Sequence record: SRR2962707_4308
DNA: 38,482 bases
Reading direction: 5' to 3' (one strand)
In this document: piece by piece, positions 36,613-38,482 of the stretch
Layout: every line of letters begins with the position of its first letter
Numbering within the stretch: the stretch's first letter is position 1
Program-made: the position numbers and the translations under genes
The notes under the pieces: model-generated
The model's input: only the letters and a program-made list of their open reading frames with translations
Told to the model about the DNA's origin: nothing
Databases searched by the model: none

Positions 36613-37605
36613 TTAGGAGAAATTCAGCCTGCTAATTAGCCAGTTCACCATGCAAATACGACAAGTCCTTATAACGCTTCGACGGAATTCGTCATCATTA
36701 ATAATACTCTCGTGGCTGTCGAAATCTAATGGCATTACTTCTCCGCTAAATAGCTCTCCAGTATGAACCACCTTTGATCTGTATCTATAGATCTTCATGG
36801 CATAACGCTTGAACTCTTGACTATCGTTTCCGTACTTGAGAAAAAATTCTCGGAATTTTTGAGCAACTCTGTGCCTTTCTTGCCCGCACTCCCCGCATCT
36901 TTCAACTTTGACACCTTTGTGGTCAGCATTAATTAGTGTTTCTAAACAGGAGACGAATCCGACAAATGATAAGCTCGGATAAGCACCCCACGCATCTATG
37001 GCTTGTTCAAATAGCGCACATGATGACAGAAATGATGATTTATTTTCTTGAGATAGAGAAAAATAACTACTTAGCAAAAAACCTAAATCTTTAGGAACTT
37101 CAAACGCGGCGTCATACGTAATGAATCTGCGATTTAAATATTCACTTGTCGCTACCTCTTCAACCTCAGATAACTCTTCGACGTCATCAAATCCTTCGAT
37201 GTTTGCATCAAACCCCCTTGCAAAATATGCTTCCTGGCCCCACCTTGGCTCTGAATTTCTCGGCGCCTCATCCTCAAGATCAATAAACCAGCCTTGCCTT
37301 CCACGATATTCGAAAATTCTATTGTTTAGAAATACGCCTAAAATTAGAAGTATTTCTCTCGCTTTTTCGGCTGCATTATCCTTGTCTCTAACCCACTTGG
37401 GGACATCGAAGTCTGGTGATTTGGATCTTGGCTCAGTTGACTCAGGATATTTCCATTGAAATATAAACGGATGATGTGCCGAAACTACATGCGGATTTTT
37501 AAGATTTTTATTTGGTGGCAGGATTTGAAAAACATCTCTATACCTATACCAGCCTTTTACTGGCAAAGAGCTCAAAACAATTGCCTGTCTGTACAAGTCA
37601 GCCAT
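36613..37605 (-). CDS. HEPN-domain protein (ApeA-like), candidate defence RNase
   Basis: SLSFVGFVSCLETL helix, CGEC insert, IYRYRSKVVHTG (RxxxxH); AT-rich; start taken at MADLY. Confidence 0.75.
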   Translation of the reverse strand: MADLYRQAIVLSSLPVKGWYRYRDVFQILPPNKNLKNPHVVSAHHPFIFQWKYPESTEPRSKSPDFDVPKWVRDKDNAAEKAREILLILGVFLNNRIFEYRGRQGWFIDLEDEAPRNSEPRWGQEAYFARGFDANIEGFDDVEELSEVEEVATSEYLNRRFITYDAAFEVPKDLGFLLSSYFSLSQENKSSFLSSCALFEQAIDAWGAYPSLSFVGFVSCLETLINADHKGVKVERCGECGQERHRVAQKFREFFLKYGNDSQEFKRYAMKIYRYRSKVVHTGELFSGEVMPLDFDSHESIINDDEFRRSVIRTCRICMVNWLISRLNFS

Positions 37606-37740
37606 GGTTAATGCCCAGTATAGATGTGGTAAGCCCCCACATTTTCTCCGTTTTAACCGCAGCAAATCTGCTACGAATTAGCCATTTAAAACTAATAACC
37701 ACTAAGTGACCAAGCAATTTCGAAACCAATATGTCAGATT

Positions 37741-38199
37741 TCAATAATTCCGGTAGTAGCCACTCCAATTCACGACGCAGCCATTCTCAAAGTACACATA
37801 GTTTGCGGAGCCTCCCGAGTAGTGGTAAGCCCACTGTGTTCGCCTGCCGGTCAGAATGCTTGAAGGGCTTCCCCACGAGCGCCTGACATCATTCGGCTTC
37901 ATTCCGCGTTTAATCTTGTTCTGGATGATTAATCGTCTAAGGTCAGTAGAATTGATATATGGGCAGGGGTCTTCAGACTTGGAGCGCTGGCGGGTTTCTG
38001 GCTCATAGAACTCTACGTCGGTACCAGTATCAAATCGTCCCCCAATAGCGGGGGCCGGTTCGTGATCCAATTCCTTGGCGTCATCACCACAAGGCTCGTC
38101 AGAGAAGATCGTCTGACCATTAACCTTGCACTGATAGATGGCAGCCTGGCCAACTATTGGAAATAGTAAAGCGATAAAAAGCAACATCCCTTTGAGCAT
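37741..38199 (-). CDS. Exported DUF4124-like protein with SmpA/BamE-like C-terminal domain
   Basis: Signal peptide; IYQCKVNGQTIFSDEPC; GMKPNDVRRSWGSP...WAY...YVYFENG; AGGAGG SD. Confidence 0.75.
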   Translation of the reverse strand: MLKGMLLFIALLFPIVGQAAIYQCKVNGQTIFSDEPCGDDAKELDHEPAPAIGGRFDTGTDVEFYEPETRQRSKSEDPCPYINSTDLRRLIIQNKIKRGMKPNDVRRSWGSPSSILTGRRTQWAYHYSGGSANYVYFENGCVVNWSGYYRNY

Positions 38200-38351
38200 A
38201 CTAACCTCCTTTATCAGGACACCTTAGCCAATACAGTAAGAAACTGCATGTCAAAGAGTGTTAAATAGCACGCTGGCTGGTTAGTTATACTCCTATTTTT
38301 CGGAGGTGTTTGAAATCAAGACCTACTGAATTCCGAACCAAAACAACAATG

Positions 38352-38364
38352 TAAGATTTTGATT
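38352..38364 (-). promoter_or_regulatory. IHF consensus site in att arm
   Basis: Minus strand AATCAA-AATC-TTA = WATCAANNNNTTR, ~90 bp from the att core. Confidence 0.6.
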
Positions 38365-38452
38365 TTTAAGAGGCAGTTTTCCTGATTGTCCAACCTTCCA
38401 AAACCGACCTTTTTCTATATATTTCAGCACCCTGCCCCGCTTTCCATCCATA

Positions 38453-38482
38453 CATGGGGTGCAAGGGGTCGTAGGTTCAAAT
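38453..38482 (+). repeat. Right att: partial tRNA-Pro(GGG) copy starting at the anticodon loop
   Basis: C-ATGGGGT-GCAAG-GGGTC-GTAGG-TTCAAAT; upstream sequence cannot form the tRNA 5' half. Confidence 0.88.

Larger units (their letters stand above)
1..38482. mobile_element. Integrated temperate lambdoid siphovirus prophage (HK97-type head, cos packaging)
   Basis: Integration, immunity, replication, lysis, packaging, head and tail modules in lambdoid order, bounded by tRNA-Pro att fragments at both ends. Confidence 0.96.

Noticed and set aside
38453-38482. Intact tRNA gene at the right end
   Set aside because: No acceptor 5' strand, D arm or 5' anticodon stem upstream; att duplicate only

Overview
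The window is an apparently complete ~38.5 kb temperate lambdoid siphovirus prophage, probably from a gammaproteobacterium (a Marinobacter-like host is my guess from composition and gene content). It is integrated at the 3' half of a tRNA-Pro(GGG) gene, and both window ends lie in the T-loop (TCAAAT) of the att repeat. The order is: tyrosine integrase/xis, a leftward early operon (with a CsrA homologue and a LuxR-HTH protein), an accessory cassette between OL and cI, the cI/cro switch, RusA, Rha, a replication initiator with iterons, a Q-like late regulator, lysis genes, HNH/cos/terminase, an HK97-type head, a non-contractile tail and an AT-rich moron block at the right end. The best finding is a tripartite operon directly downstream of cI: HicA toxin, HicB antitoxin with a ~65-aa aromatic C-terminal extension, and a SecB-like chaperone. 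It has its own palindromic operator and terminator and is a candidate HicA-HicB-chaperone (TAC) anti-phage system. Also notable are a HEPN (RxxxxH) moron, an exported HNH nuclease, leaderless cI and cro transcripts, and no tail assembly chaperone genes. All family calls come from motif recognition by eye; no database searches were run.
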